Origin: an uncultured candidate division Zixibacteria bacterium
GTDB taxonomy: Bacteria; Zixibacteria; MSB-5A5; UBA10806; 4484-95
NCBI GenBank assembly: GCA_963668625.2
Contig: CAXXKA010000010.1
Location: forward strand, 414,218-478,217
Direction of reading: 5' to 3'
Length of the DNA stretch: 64,000 nt
The position numbers were made by a program, and so were the translations under genes. Below are positions 9,592-19,353 of this stretch, piece by piece. The notes below the pieces were generated by a model. The model made no database searches and was not told the DNA's origin. It saw nothing but the letters and a program-made list of their open reading frames with translations. Every line of letters begins with the position of its first letter. Positions within the stretch are counted from its first letter, which is position 1.

Positions 9592-9889
9592 CTCAATGAA
9601 ATTACCGGGTTCTAAAAGCGATGCAAAACCCAGCACTTTTTCACTTGAAATGTATATTAAAAGAATTTCTTACCAAACATCAAGTCATAAAGTGTTAGCC
9701 GCTTATTATTTCCTGACCCGGAATTGTCAAAAAAAGAGGAATCGATTTAGTAAAGAAGTGTGGAGATGTTTTATGTAAACAAGATTATTAATAAAGGTTT
9801 TACATCAAGGTTATTAACAGTTAGGAGAATTTATGAAGCAAGTTGCGAAGGATAGAAAGGCAAACCTTTTAACTTCAAGGAGAGCAATA

Positions 9890-11668
9890 ATGAAGAATAT
9901 GAAAATATGTTATTTGCTGCTTATAGCATTAATACCGCTGGTTTGCTTAAGCACGGCTTCTGCAGGCAAGCTGGGGACCAGCTATATCGTATCCGAGGAT
10001 GGCAGTGTCGTCAAAGATTATATTTATGATGAATTGTCGCCGGATATTACTTTAGATGTGCCGGAAAACGATAACTGTGAAAACGCAGAGACAGTTTTCT
10101 CGATGCCGGGTGAAGGGTATAATAACGTTAGAACAGTAGTAGTATACAGTACCCTTGAGGCAACCTTTGATGGTTCCGGCTTATGCCAGACTGAGCCCAA
10201 CATCTGGTATATCTATACCGCCGATGTCACGGCTGAAGTTACAGTCAGCACGGACGATAATCTCGGAGATCCACAAGACGAATTAACTTACGATTCCTAT
10301 CTGGCTGTTTACGAAGGTTCCACCTGTCCTCCCTCATCTGTGATTGCCTGTAACGATGACTATGAGGAAGGGAAAGACTACTCTAAGATTACCTTTATGG
10401 CTACCGCTGGCAATCAATACCTGATAGAAGTCGGTGGTATCGACAAAGGCGGCCGCGACGCTACAGGCTTAGGTGAATTGATTGTAATCGCTCGTCCCAT
10501 TCATGATGTGCGCCTCTGGTCACTTACCTCTCCTCGTCCGGGCAAACTACTTGATACCGAGGATGTAGGCTTTAGCGATATCAAAGCTTACATATTCAAT
10601 CCCGGCGCCAACACCGAGAGAATAGATGTTACGGCTTATGATCCTGATGGGGATTACAGCAACTCGTACGATAACCTGGTTATAACTCCCAACGAATTTA
10701 TCGAAATCCACTTAGTCAACCCGACTGGTCCCTATACATTTCCATCTGAAACCTGCGTAGACGGCAACTTAACATTAGAAACACACCTTGATCGCGATGT
10801 AGTGCCGGGTAATAATACCTTCTCGACTGCGTTCAGACGTACTCGTTCTATAACACAATCGTACGAAAATTATAGCAACGAGAGGCCCGGTGGAGGATCG
10901 TGGACTTATCATCATAATTCTGTTATTGCTAAAGAGTATGTCGCTGAAGGAAATGAAGAAATCGTCTATATCGGTGCTCGTGTCTGGTCCGGCGATTATG
11001 GTATATGGCTTGGGAATGGAGCTACAAGGTATTTCGATCCTATTAAGCTTTCTCTTTTCATTGATGGAAATAATGATGGATATCCGGATATTGAGCCGAT
11101 ATTTGAAGCCTTCGCCAAGCCGGCGGGCATGCCAAACGACTGGTGCTATGCCGTGTTGCCTTGCGGAATAACCATAACCGAAGGTCAGCATTTCTGGGTC
11201 GGATGGAGTGACTATCAACACGACAGATGGGGTCACTTCCTTGCTTTCGATAACATTCCAAACGATCGCGATATTTGGTGTCGGAACCAATATAAAGAGT
11301 GGGTTCAAGAAGATGGCACTGGCCGTTATTACCTAGGCGCCTGGGCAACCGACAGCGATGCCATTTCCACCTCCAATAACTCAGACGGGGCATCAGGTAT
11401 ACCCGAAACGTTCGAGTTATCTCATAACTACCCCAATCCGTTTAATGCTCAAACATCAATTGAGTTCGCCCTGCCGCAGGCCGGCGAAGTTGAGCTGACA
11501 GTTTACAATATGCTCGGCCAGGAGATCGATGTTTTAGTCCTGGGAACGATGGAAGCCGGTTATCATTCGGTGATCTGGGATGCTTCCGATGTTTCGACTG
11601 GTGTCTATTTCTATAAAATAAATGCTGGTGAATTTAGTAAAACGCAAAAGATGCTGCTTCTGAAGTAG
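9890..11668 (+). CDS. Secreted protein with NDxC-type domain and T9SS/FlgD-type tail
   Basis: ORF track gives 9833..11668; ATG 9890 follows AAGGAG. Signal peptide, PENDNC...GNQYLIEVGG domain, NYPNPFN...TGVYFY tail. Confidence 0.85.
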   Translation: MKNMKICYLLLIALIPLVCLSTASAGKLGTSYIVSEDGSVVKDYIYDELSPDITLDVPENDNCENAETVFSMPGEGYNNVRTVVVYSTLEATFDGSGLCQTEPNIWYIYTADVTAEVTVSTDDNLGDPQDELTYDSYLAVYEGSTCPPSSVIACNDDYEEGKDYSKITFMATAGNQYLIEVGGIDKGGRDATGLGELIVIARPIHDVRLWSLTSPRPGKLLDTEDVGFSDIKAYIFNPGANTERIDVTAYDPDGDYSNSYDNLVITPNEFIEIHLVNPTGPYTFPSETCVDGNLTLETHLDRDVVPGNNTFSTAFRRTRSITQSYENYSNERPGGGSWTYHHNSVIAKEYVAEGNEEIVYIGARVWSGDYGIWLGNGATRYFDPIKLSLFIDGNNDGYPDIEPIFEAFAKPAGMPNDWCYAVLPCGITITEGQHFWVGWSDYQHDRWGHFLAFDNIPNDRDIWCRNQYKEWVQEDGTGRYYLGAWATDSDAISTSNNSDGASGIPETFELSHNYPNPFNAQTSIEFALPQAGEVELTVYNMLGQEIDVLVLGTMEAGYHSVIWDASDVSTGVYFYKINAGEFSKTQKMLLLK

Positions 11669-11691
11669 GCGAAAGAAGGAGATTTAATATT

Positions 11692-13455
11692 ATGAAGAGA
11701 TGTTATTTACTAATTTTAGTATTGATACCTTTGGTTTGCCTGAATACGGCTTCAGCTGGCAGACAGGGTATTGAGTTTGTCAAGTCCGAAAACGGCAGCA
11801 TTGTTAAAGAATATATTAATGATACGCCGTCTGGGATTACTCTGGATGTTCCGGCCAACGATGACTGCGAAAACGCCGAGGGAATAATCGCGGGCGAGTA
11901 TGGAATTCACAACATGATCACGGGGGTTGAATTCAGCACCCTCGAGGCCACTTTCGATGGCGATGGCTTATGCCAGACAGAACCTAATGTCTGGTATGTT
12001 TACACCGCTGATGTCTCGGCTGAAGTTACAGTCAGCACGGATGGTTTGCTAGGAGCGGAAGAGTTGGAGTTAGACTACGACTCCTACCTGGCTGTTTATG
12101 ATGGCTCCGACTGTCCCCCAACAACCTTGATTGCCTGCAACGATGATTATGATGAGAATTATGATTATTCACAGCTTACCTTTGTGGCTACAGAGGGTAA
12201 TCAATACCTGATAGAAGTCGGAGGTATCGACAAAGGCGGCCGCACCGCTACGGGCACAGGTGAATTGCTGGTAACCTCTCGACCCATTCATGATGTCGGG
12301 ATCTGGTCAGTTACCGAATTTCGTCCGGGCGAATTGTTTGATCCCGATAATGAAGGCTTCGCCGGACTCACAACTTACATATACAATTATGGCGCTAATC
12401 CTGAAAGAGTCGACGTTCTTGCTTACGACTATGACCAGGGTTATTCCAATTGGTATTATGATTTGGAGATGGATCCCGGCCAACTATTAGAAGTCAGTCT
12501 CACTCAGTCGTTTGCCAATTATATGTTGCCTTCAGACACCTGTACAGAAAATAACCTTTCATTCGAAACAGTCCTTGATCGTGATCTGGTGCCGGAAAAT
12601 GATATTTTCACGACGGTGTCCAGACGTCCCCGTCCTATAACCCATGAGTACAAAAACTACGCTGACACTGTTTGGGGTGGAAAGTGGATGTGGCACCCGG
12701 AAGCTGTTACCGCTATGGAGTATGTCTCCGAAAGGGATGAAGATATTGTCTATATCGGCGGGCGTGTTTGTTCGGGCGATGAAGACTTCGGAGAAGGTGG
12801 AACGCTATGGTTTGAGGAATCAAGGTATATCGATCCGGTCATGCTTTCTCTTTACTTCGATGAAAATGAGGATGGACTTCCGGATGATGAGCCGATATTC
12901 GAGGCCCCCGTCCTACCGTCAGGCGATTCACCCGATTGGAGCTACGCCGTGTTACCCTGTGGGGTAAGCGTAACCGAAGGTCAGCATTTCTGGGTCGGCT
13001 GGAGTGATTATCGATACGATAGATGGGGTTACTACCTCGCTACCGACGGCCAACCTTCGGATGATGTCTGGTATTTCGGTGAAGATACTCATACCTGGGA
13101 GCAAGCATCATCTGACCATTGGGGTTTCTTCCTCGGCGCCTGGTCGCGCGAAGATATGGTTGGTATCGGCGATAATCCGTCCGGTATGCCTGAGACGTTC
13201 GAATTGTCAAATAACTATCCCAATCCATTTAATGCTCAAACATCAATCGGGTTCGCCCTGCCGCAGGCCGGTGATGTTAAGTTAACCGTTTACAATACGC
13301 TTGGTCAGGAGATCGAAGTTATAGCCCTCGGACAGTTGGAGGCGGGCTATCATTCGGTGAACTGGGATGCTTCTGACGTGTCGACGGGTGTCTATTTCTA
13401 CAAAGTACAAGCTGGTGAGTTCAGCAAAACACAAAAGATGCTACTTCTGAAGTAA
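11692..13455 (+). CDS. Secreted protein with NDxC-type domain and T9SS/FlgD-type tail (paralogue of the preceding gene)
   Basis: SD AAGGAG; collinear similarity to 9890..11668; same tail. Confidence 0.85.
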   Translation: MKRCYLLILVLIPLVCLNTASAGRQGIEFVKSENGSIVKEYINDTPSGITLDVPANDDCENAEGIIAGEYGIHNMITGVEFSTLEATFDGDGLCQTEPNVWYVYTADVSAEVTVSTDGLLGAEELELDYDSYLAVYDGSDCPPTTLIACNDDYDENYDYSQLTFVATEGNQYLIEVGGIDKGGRTATGTGELLVTSRPIHDVGIWSVTEFRPGELFDPDNEGFAGLTTYIYNYGANPERVDVLAYDYDQGYSNWYYDLEMDPGQLLEVSLTQSFANYMLPSDTCTENNLSFETVLDRDLVPENDIFTTVSRRPRPITHEYKNYADTVWGGKWMWHPEAVTAMEYVSERDEDIVYIGGRVCSGDEDFGEGGTLWFEESRYIDPVMLSLYFDENEDGLPDDEPIFEAPVLPSGDSPDWSYAVLPCGVSVTEGQHFWVGWSDYRYDRWGYYLATDGQPSDDVWYFGEDTHTWEQASSDHWGFFLGAWSREDMVGIGDNPSGMPETFELSNNYPNPFNAQTSIGFALPQAGDVKLTVYNTLGQEIEVIALGQLEAGYHSVNWDASDVSTGVYFYKVQAGEFSKTQKMLLLK

Positions 13456-13472
13456 GTTTTAACAATGTTTTT

Positions 13473-13506
13473 ATGGCCATCACGTTAGTAGGATCGTGAT
13501 GGCCAT
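13473..13506. terminator. Strong hairpin after the stop codon (terminator or stability element)
   Basis: Perfect 12-bp inverted repeat ATGGCCATCACG-N10-CGTGATGGCCAT. Confidence 0.6.
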
Positions 13507-13790
13507 TACCGTATCGACATCTTTGACAATATCAAATTTAAGCTGTACGCAGATGGTTCTAATAAGCGGTAAAATAAATTTATCTTTTAAAGGTTTTTAA
13601 ATCGTCAAATTTTAAGCAGTGAACTAGGAAGTCAGGTTATGGCTTTACGTGAAGATAGTATATTTTACGTGTTGCCGGAAAAGTTTTAAAATTCATGAAA
13701 TATTGGATTAATGATTCAAACAATGAGATTAGCAAAATGTTTTTGATTTTGCTTAGTAGTTAGTGTAAAACCGATGTATCGGAGAGTTTT

Positions 13791-15149
13791 ATGAAACATA
13801 ACTTCTTGATGCTAATTTTAACGGCAATGCTTTTAGGGATGATAGTGTCAACAGCAATTGGCCAAAACGGCGCCTGTTGTTATCTTGATGGCTCTGAAAT
13901 GCAGTGTATGATTACTGATGATGAAGATTACTGCACATGGACGCTATTTGGCTCCTTCCATACCGGCGCAACCTGTGATGATATTGATCCTGAAAACGGT
14001 ATTGCCGATATCTGCGAATACGTACCTGTGGAAGGCGCCTGCTGTTATGATGACGGCTCGGGTATGCAATGTATGATTACTGATGATGAAGATTACTGCA
14101 CATGGACGCTGTTTGGCTCCTTTAATCCCGGCGCAACCTGTGAGGATGTTGATCCTGAAAACGGTATTGCCGATATCTGCGAATCAGGATCACAGGAAGG
14201 CGCCTGTTGTTATGATGACGGCTCAGGCATGCAGTGTATGATTACTGATGATGAAGATTACTGCGCATGGACGCTGTTTGGCTCCTTTAATGCCGGCGCA
14301 ACCTGTGAGGATATGTATCCTGAAAACGGTATCGCCGATATCTGCGAATACGTACCTGTGGAAGGCGCCTGCTGTTACTATGAAGGCGAAGATTTGATGT
14401 GCATGATTACTGGTGATGAAGAGTACTGCCAGGATACACTCAATGGTGATTTTCATTCCGGTGCTACCTGCGAAGACATTGATCCTGAAAACGGTATCGC
14501 CGATATTTGCGACCCCGCTGCTAGCAATGGCGCTTGCTGTTATGATGACGGCTCGAGTATGCAATGTGAGATTACGGATGATATTATGTATTGCACGGAG
14601 ACGCTTGGGGGCTTCTTCCGTTTAGGTGCTACCTGTGATGATATTGATCCACAAAACGGTGTAGCCGATATATGTGATGATGAAGCGCCCGGCGCTTGCT
14701 GTTTCTATGATGGCACGTTCTGCATGATATTTGATTACGAAAACGACTGTGTTTATAGTGGCGGCACCTGGATGGGCGTAGGTTCAGTCTGCGGTGAATA
14801 CGATGAAGAAACCGGTTGGTCGGGTTGCAGCGTCACTACTACTTACGAATACCTCCCCGGTGATGCCAACATGGCTGCCGGCTCGTGGCCGCCGAATGTA
14901 ATCGGCGCGGATGTCACCTACCTGGTGAACTATTTCCGGGCTATCGCCGCGCCATGTCTGGTCGGTGGTTTCTATAACTCGGCTGATGCTAACGGTGACT
15001 GTTCGGTAATCGGCGCGGACGTTACCTATCTGGTACAATATTTCCGAGGCGCGAACGAATTGCATTTCTGCCCTGACTATGAACCAACCTGGCAAAGCAG
15101 CGGCGATTTACCGGCCGAGGCTCCCGATAGCTGGCCGAATTGTGAATGA
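13791..15149 (+). CDS. Secreted Cys-rich GACC-repeat protein with C-terminal dockerin-like domain
   Basis: Signal peptide; five ~55-aa repeats ending DxxP(E/Q)NG(I/V)ADIC plus one GWSGC-type repeat; dockerin cassette. Confidence 0.85.
   Translation: MKHNFLMLILTAMLLGMIVSTAIGQNGACCYLDGSEMQCMITDDEDYCTWTLFGSFHTGATCDDIDPENGIADICEYVPVEGACCYDDGSGMQCMITDDEDYCTWTLFGSFNPGATCEDVDPENGIADICESGSQEGACCYDDGSGMQCMITDDEDYCAWTLFGSFNAGATCEDMYPENGIADICEYVPVEGACCYYEGEDLMCMITGDEEYCQDTLNGDFHSGATCEDIDPENGIADICDPAASNGACCYDDGSSMQCEITDDIMYCTETLGGFFRLGATCDDIDPQNGVADICDDEAPGACCFYDGTFCMIFDYENDCVYSGGTWMGVGSVCGEYDEETGWSGCSVTTTYEYLPGDANMAAGSWPPNVIGADVTYLVNYFRAIAAPCLVGGFYNSADANGDCSVIGADVTYLVQYFRGANELHFCPDYEPTWQSSGDLPAEAPDSWPNCE
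13869..14830 (+). repeat. Intragenic tandem repeats, ~165-bp unit, six units
   Basis: GGCGC(C/T)TG(C/T)TG(T) recurs with near-identical coding blocks in the first three units. Confidence 0.85.
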
Positions 15150-15253
15150 ACTCCTTGATTCGAGTAATTAAACTCAGCTACTACTTCTTGAAAAGTGCTC
15201 TAACACTTTGATCTTGATCTACGGAAGGCGGCTCTGAAAAGGGCCGCCTTTTT
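14844..15253 (+). repeat. Dockerin cassette plus 3' UTR and terminator, copy 2 of 3
   Basis: Near identity to copy 1 at an offset of 6816 bp. Confidence 0.9.
15225..15253 (+). terminator. Rho-independent terminator
   Basis: AAGGCGGCTCT-GAAA-AGGGCCGCCTT followed by TTT. Confidence 0.85.
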
Positions 15254-15402
15254 CATGTCAACACTACGGTAACAACGGCGGTATATCTGTGGTAATCTGT
15301 GGTGCTTTCTGGTGTCGAAAGGTGTAGATCGGATTTATTGCAATTCGCTATCAATCAACAGAGTAAGTTTAATACCAATAATTTAGCAAAATAGCATGGA
15401 TG

Positions 15403-15448
15403 GGAATCATAATCCTCATGCCCGGGGTTCAAGTCCCTGCTCCGCTAC
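15403..15448 (+). pseudogene. 3' half of a tRNA with CAT anticodon (Met/Ile2); att-site-like remnant
   Basis: GGA-ATCATAA-TCCTC anticodon arm, CGGGG-TTCAAGT-CCCTG T arm and CTCCGCTAC acceptor 3' strand. No D arm or 5' acceptor strand upstream. Confidence 0.75.
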
Positions 15449-15572
15449 TTGTCTTTCAATAATTAAAGATTAGCTTATATTTAGTTTAGTGCTCAATTAT
15501 ATATGACTGTGAGGCTTTAGCTTGCCCACTATACTGGTGGGTTATCTGTTGCTCTACTTTATGGGTAACAAT

Positions 15573-15598
15573 AAGGCGACTGTCGAGTCGTCTTTTTT
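15573..15598 (+). terminator. Rho-independent terminator-like hairpin
   Basis: AAGGCGAC-TGTCGA-GTCGTCTT followed by TTTT. Confidence 0.55.
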
Positions 15599-15701
15599 AA
15601 TCTTAACCTTAAAAATACAAAAAAATAATCTCTACAAGGAAATGCAACCATCAAAGAAATATCTCTAAAATATTGTATATTATGTAGTTATAATTATTAT
15701 C

Positions 15702-15762
15702 TTGACTTTATTAAGATTATATTTATTTTATCATTATGTTACTACTTATATTAGTAGTAACA
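15702..15762 (+). promoter_or_regulatory. Sigma70-like promoter and palindromic operator of the TrmB gene
   Basis: TTGACT(15702)-16 bp-TATTTT, then the perfect 10-bp inverted repeat TGTTACTACT-TATATT-AGTAGTAACA (15737..15762). Confidence 0.7.
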
Positions 15763-15815
15763 AGTTCTTAAGCTAGGCCGATAATAATAAAAGGATTGAA
15801 TATAAGGAAACAAGA

Positions 15816-16721
15816 ATGGATATACTTGAAGAAGCCAAAAAGCTCGGCTTGAACAGCTATCAAACGAAGGTCTACTTGGCGCTTATGGAGCGTGAATCAT
15901 TGTCGGTAAGCGAAATTGCTAAGATTTCGCGAGTACCCAGGGCGCGAATCTATGATACCCTTGATTCCCTGATGCTGATCGGCTTAGCTTCGTTAAGACC
16001 CGGCAAGCAAAAAAGGTACAGTGCCTCCAACCCGACGATTCTCCAGAATAAACTCAATAATGATATCGAACAAAAGTATAATGAACAAAAAGAAACAGTA
16101 ACTAAGCTAATTCTGACTTTTAAAAAGAGGTATGAGTCGAGCCGCCAGAATATCACCAGCAATCCCGATCCTTTAGAATTTATTGAAGTGCTCAAAAATC
16201 CCATCCAGGTTCATCATAAATATCTCGAGTTGTTTTCCAAAACCAAAAAAGAGGTACTTGGATTTGTTAAACCGCCTTTTTATTACGCCAATGAAGAACA
16301 GAGGTGGGAGCAGAATAAAGAAAACGAAGCGGCTACGAAAAGAGGGGTTGTAATCAGGTCTATTTTTCAAATACCCCCTGAAGACGAGGCTGAAGAGTTT
16401 TTTGCCAGACAGATGAGCAAGCAAACCTCGACAAAAGGTGACGAGGATCGGGTTTTCGATGAACTTCCTATTAAACTGATTATATTCGATCAGAAAGCCT
16501 GTATCTATACACTTGAAGATCCCATAAAAAGCAGAACTTCCTTAACCGTACTCGCTACCGAACATGAGGCAATGGCTAAAAGCTTCAAGTTTTTATTTGA
16601 ATCATTTTGGGAAAAAGCCCGGGATTATTTCGTGGTAAATGGCCAAAGGCATTATCTTTCTGAATACAAAAAGGGAAACGCTGAAAATTCGAAATATTCA
16701 AGTTATGATTATGTTATTTAA
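15816..16721 (+). CDS. TrmB-family transcriptional regulator
   Basis: LGLNSYQTKVYLAL...VPRARIYDTLDSL HTH; C-terminal ELPIKLIIFD...FESFWEKA; paralogue of 8606..9511. Confidence 0.9.
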   Translation: MDILEEAKKLGLNSYQTKVYLALMERESLSVSEIAKISRVPRARIYDTLDSLMLIGLASLRPGKQKRYSASNPTILQNKLNNDIEQKYNEQKETVTKLILTFKKRYESSRQNITSNPDPLEFIEVLKNPIQVHHKYLELFSKTKKEVLGFVKPPFYYANEEQRWEQNKENEAATKRGVVIRSIFQIPPEDEAEEFFARQMSKQTSTKGDEDRVFDELPIKLIIFDQKACIYTLEDPIKSRTSLTVLATEHEAMAKSFKFLFESFWEKARDYFVVNGQRHYLSEYKKGNAENSKYSSYDYVI

Positions 16722-16794
16722 AAGGAGAAACAATGAATAATTATTCACGGGCTAATCGTTAATATGTCAAATTAAATATTAAAGGAGAAAAGCG

Positions 16795-19071
16795 ATGTAT
16801 CGGATTAAACCATTTGCATTAACGTTACTGCTGGCGTTTGCATTATTGCCCTACGGCATAGGCAAGGCAGAAAACAGTGACAAGCCGGCCGGCGATAACC
16901 ATCTTCCGACTTATCAGGAAACGATAGACAAAAGTACGGGGCTTATAATATGGAACGAACCCGAATTGCAGCCAAAAACAAATCCAACACAATCAACCAT
17001 ACTCGATATCCCGGCGAATGACAATTGCGCCGATGCCACTCCGATTGGCGAAACTGAGGGAGTACTGTTCAGCACTGTTGAAGCCACCCCTGACGGCCCG
17101 AATGACTTTGTAACCAATCCCAATGTGTGGTTCCTCTATACCGCCACCGTGACCGCGCCGGTTCAGATCGTGGTCTCCGATACCACCGGATCGGATTATT
17201 CGATCTCGGAAAATTGTGCTATCTATAAAGGTGCTGCCTGTCCGGAAGCTGTAGTTTTTCCGGAGCCAACACAAATGCAGGGTGGAGAGACGATCGAAAC
17301 CGCCACCTCAATATCATCCCTGCCTGCGGTAGTCACCGGTACTATTCGAGGGTATAGTCGGGACTACGAGTTTTCATCTTGCATTTATTACGGGCAGGGT
17401 GTTTTCTCAGATGTTGTTTATTCTTATGCCTCTCAAGTGGATGATTTTATTAATGTACTCCTTGATTTCGAAAGTTCTACGACTACTGATTTTATTGTGA
17501 TTACCGATGCCGAAGGTAATGAATTAGCCTGTGCTAGAGAGCAATGGGAGCAGTCCAGGATACTTAATTTCCCCGTTACTGCGGGAGAAACTTATTACTT
17601 TGTCATTGGGAACTCGTGGGGCACAGACATTGGTGATCCATATACTTTAAAAATTTCATCGCCGAATTATATATTAGCAGAGTGCCTTGATGCGTCATAT
17701 TATGTTAACCGAACTACGATGAATGTTGTTGTCGGTGAGCAGTATTTAATCGAAATCGGCGCCCATCATTCAAGCTCGAGTCCAAACTGCGAAGGGTATC
17801 TCTCGATAATACCCAATCCGATCGTGCCGATTAACGACGATTGCGAAGACGCCACCCAGATGGGCATCCTCCAGCCGGGTTCGGTCTTGCAGGCAACCGG
17901 TGATAACAGAGGCGCTCCCAGCATTGACTGTCACCAGAGTAACAATGCTCCCGAAGTCTGGGTAACGTTTGCAATCGAAGACACGATGGATATTAGCATA
18001 GATCTTTGCGGTACGCCGGTAACTTTCCACTCATCTTTTCTGTATCTAACAGAAGAGTGTCCGTGCGATCTCACCTATAGTAGAATCTCATCATCGAATT
18101 ATACCCATATCTCGCGGTGTATCTCAGCTCAACTGATTATCTATTTTACTAATGTACCCCCGGGTAGCTACTATTTTCCAATATGTTCCCAATATGGGGC
18201 CGAAGGTGAATATATCATTAATGTTAAAAGCCTTATGCCTCAGGTTTGTGACGACGAAGCTCTTTTCGGACAGAAACCTATTACCAATCTTAATAATTCT
18301 TGTTTTATTCCTTCAGACATTCAAAGCTCCACTGCCATCTCCGATGATTTCGGAGGGCTGGACGAGGCAATCTCGCAAATCACCTGGTGGGGTGATGATT
18401 ACGTGGTCGATGCTGATTGCGATTCGGACTCTTTACCTTTCCAGATAACTTTTTGTAATGATGTTAACGACTCTCCGGGGGATACGATTGCGATCTATGA
18501 TGTCGATGCTTCAATTGTCGAGACAGGCTATATTTACGTTCGCGACCAGTACTATCAGAAAAAATTTACGGCCACGCTGAGCCCGCCATTATCGGTAAGT
18601 GACGGCTGGGTGATTATCCGGGGCAACAGCGAAAACGGCTGTATATTTACCTGGCAAATGAATAATAGTTCTAATGGTTTCAGTAAATCATACAACGAAT
18701 CCTCGGGTCGTTGGATAACATCATCAACCGATTTCGCTTTCTGCCTGAGCAAGGGGCCGGTTGATATCGATGATGAGCCGGCTGATTTACCGTTGGCTTT
18801 AGAGCTACAACAAAACTATCCAAACCCGTTCAACGCCACCACCTCAATTCAATTCTCCTTAGAAACAACAGATCATGTTAATCTATCTGTCTATGATGTT
18901 GGCGGTCGCCGGATAAAGACGCTGCATGATGGCGTGCTATCGGCCGGTACGCATAGCATAATCTGGGATGGCGCCAACGAAGCGGGTGAGGTGGTATCAT
19001 CCGGTATCTATTTCTATCGCTTAAAAAGCTCCGAGGGATCATTTGCCAAACGGATGGTGCTATTAAAATAA
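16795..19071 (+). CDS. Secreted multidomain protein (NDxC-type domains) with T9SS/FlgD-type tail
   Basis: SD AAGGAG; signal peptide; PANDNC and PINDDC domains shared with the dockerin proteins; NYPNPFN...SGIYFYRL tail. Confidence 0.85.
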   Translation: MYRIKPFALTLLLAFALLPYGIGKAENSDKPAGDNHLPTYQETIDKSTGLIIWNEPELQPKTNPTQSTILDIPANDNCADATPIGETEGVLFSTVEATPDGPNDFVTNPNVWFLYTATVTAPVQIVVSDTTGSDYSISENCAIYKGAACPEAVVFPEPTQMQGGETIETATSISSLPAVVTGTIRGYSRDYEFSSCIYYGQGVFSDVVYSYASQVDDFINVLLDFESSTTTDFIVITDAEGNELACAREQWEQSRILNFPVTAGETYYFVIGNSWGTDIGDPYTLKISSPNYILAECLDASYYVNRTTMNVVVGEQYLIEIGAHHSSSSPNCEGYLSIIPNPIVPINDDCEDATQMGILQPGSVLQATGDNRGAPSIDCHQSNNAPEVWVTFAIEDTMDISIDLCGTPVTFHSSFLYLTEECPCDLTYSRISSSNYTHISRCISAQLIIYFTNVPPGSYYFPICSQYGAEGEYIINVKSLMPQVCDDEALFGQKPITNLNNSCFIPSDIQSSTAISDDFGGLDEAISQITWWGDDYVVDADCDSDSLPFQITFCNDVNDSPGDTIAIYDVDASIVETGYIYVRDQYYQKKFTATLSPPLSVSDGWVIIRGNSENGCIFTWQMNNSSNGFSKSYNESSGRWITSSTDFAFCLSKGPVDIDDEPADLPLALELQQNYPNPFNATTSIQFSLETTDHVNLSVYDVGGRRIKTLHDGVLSAGTHSIIWDGANEAGEVVSSGIYFYRLKSSEGSFAKRMVLLK

Positions 19072-19353
19072 GCATAGTTTTTGAGAACTGGTTAAAACTG
19101 AAGAAAATCAATTAAGAAATAGTTTTGAAAACAACAGATCTTTTAACTTAAACGAACAGGAATCAGGAAAAATTAGAAGCTGTCCCCGGCGATCTGCCGG
19201 GAACAGCCCGCTGTTAAGGCATTGGGAATTTACTCCCAACGCAAAATGAAGTGTAACTAACAAGGAATCAAAAAGCAAACTTCTTGTGATAATGAGATAT
19301 TGTTTTAGTGGTACACGCGGGAATCGCAAGAAGTAAAAGAGAAGAGATTACGT

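Noticed and set aside
15147-15253. Selenocysteine read-through of TGA in Cys-rich dockerin genes 2 and 3
   Set aside because: Copy 1 ends in TAG, and further in-frame stops follow within 2-6 codons.
15370-15450. Complete functional tRNA-Met
   Set aside because: No D arm and no 5' acceptor strand complementary to CTCCGCT; only the 3' half is present.
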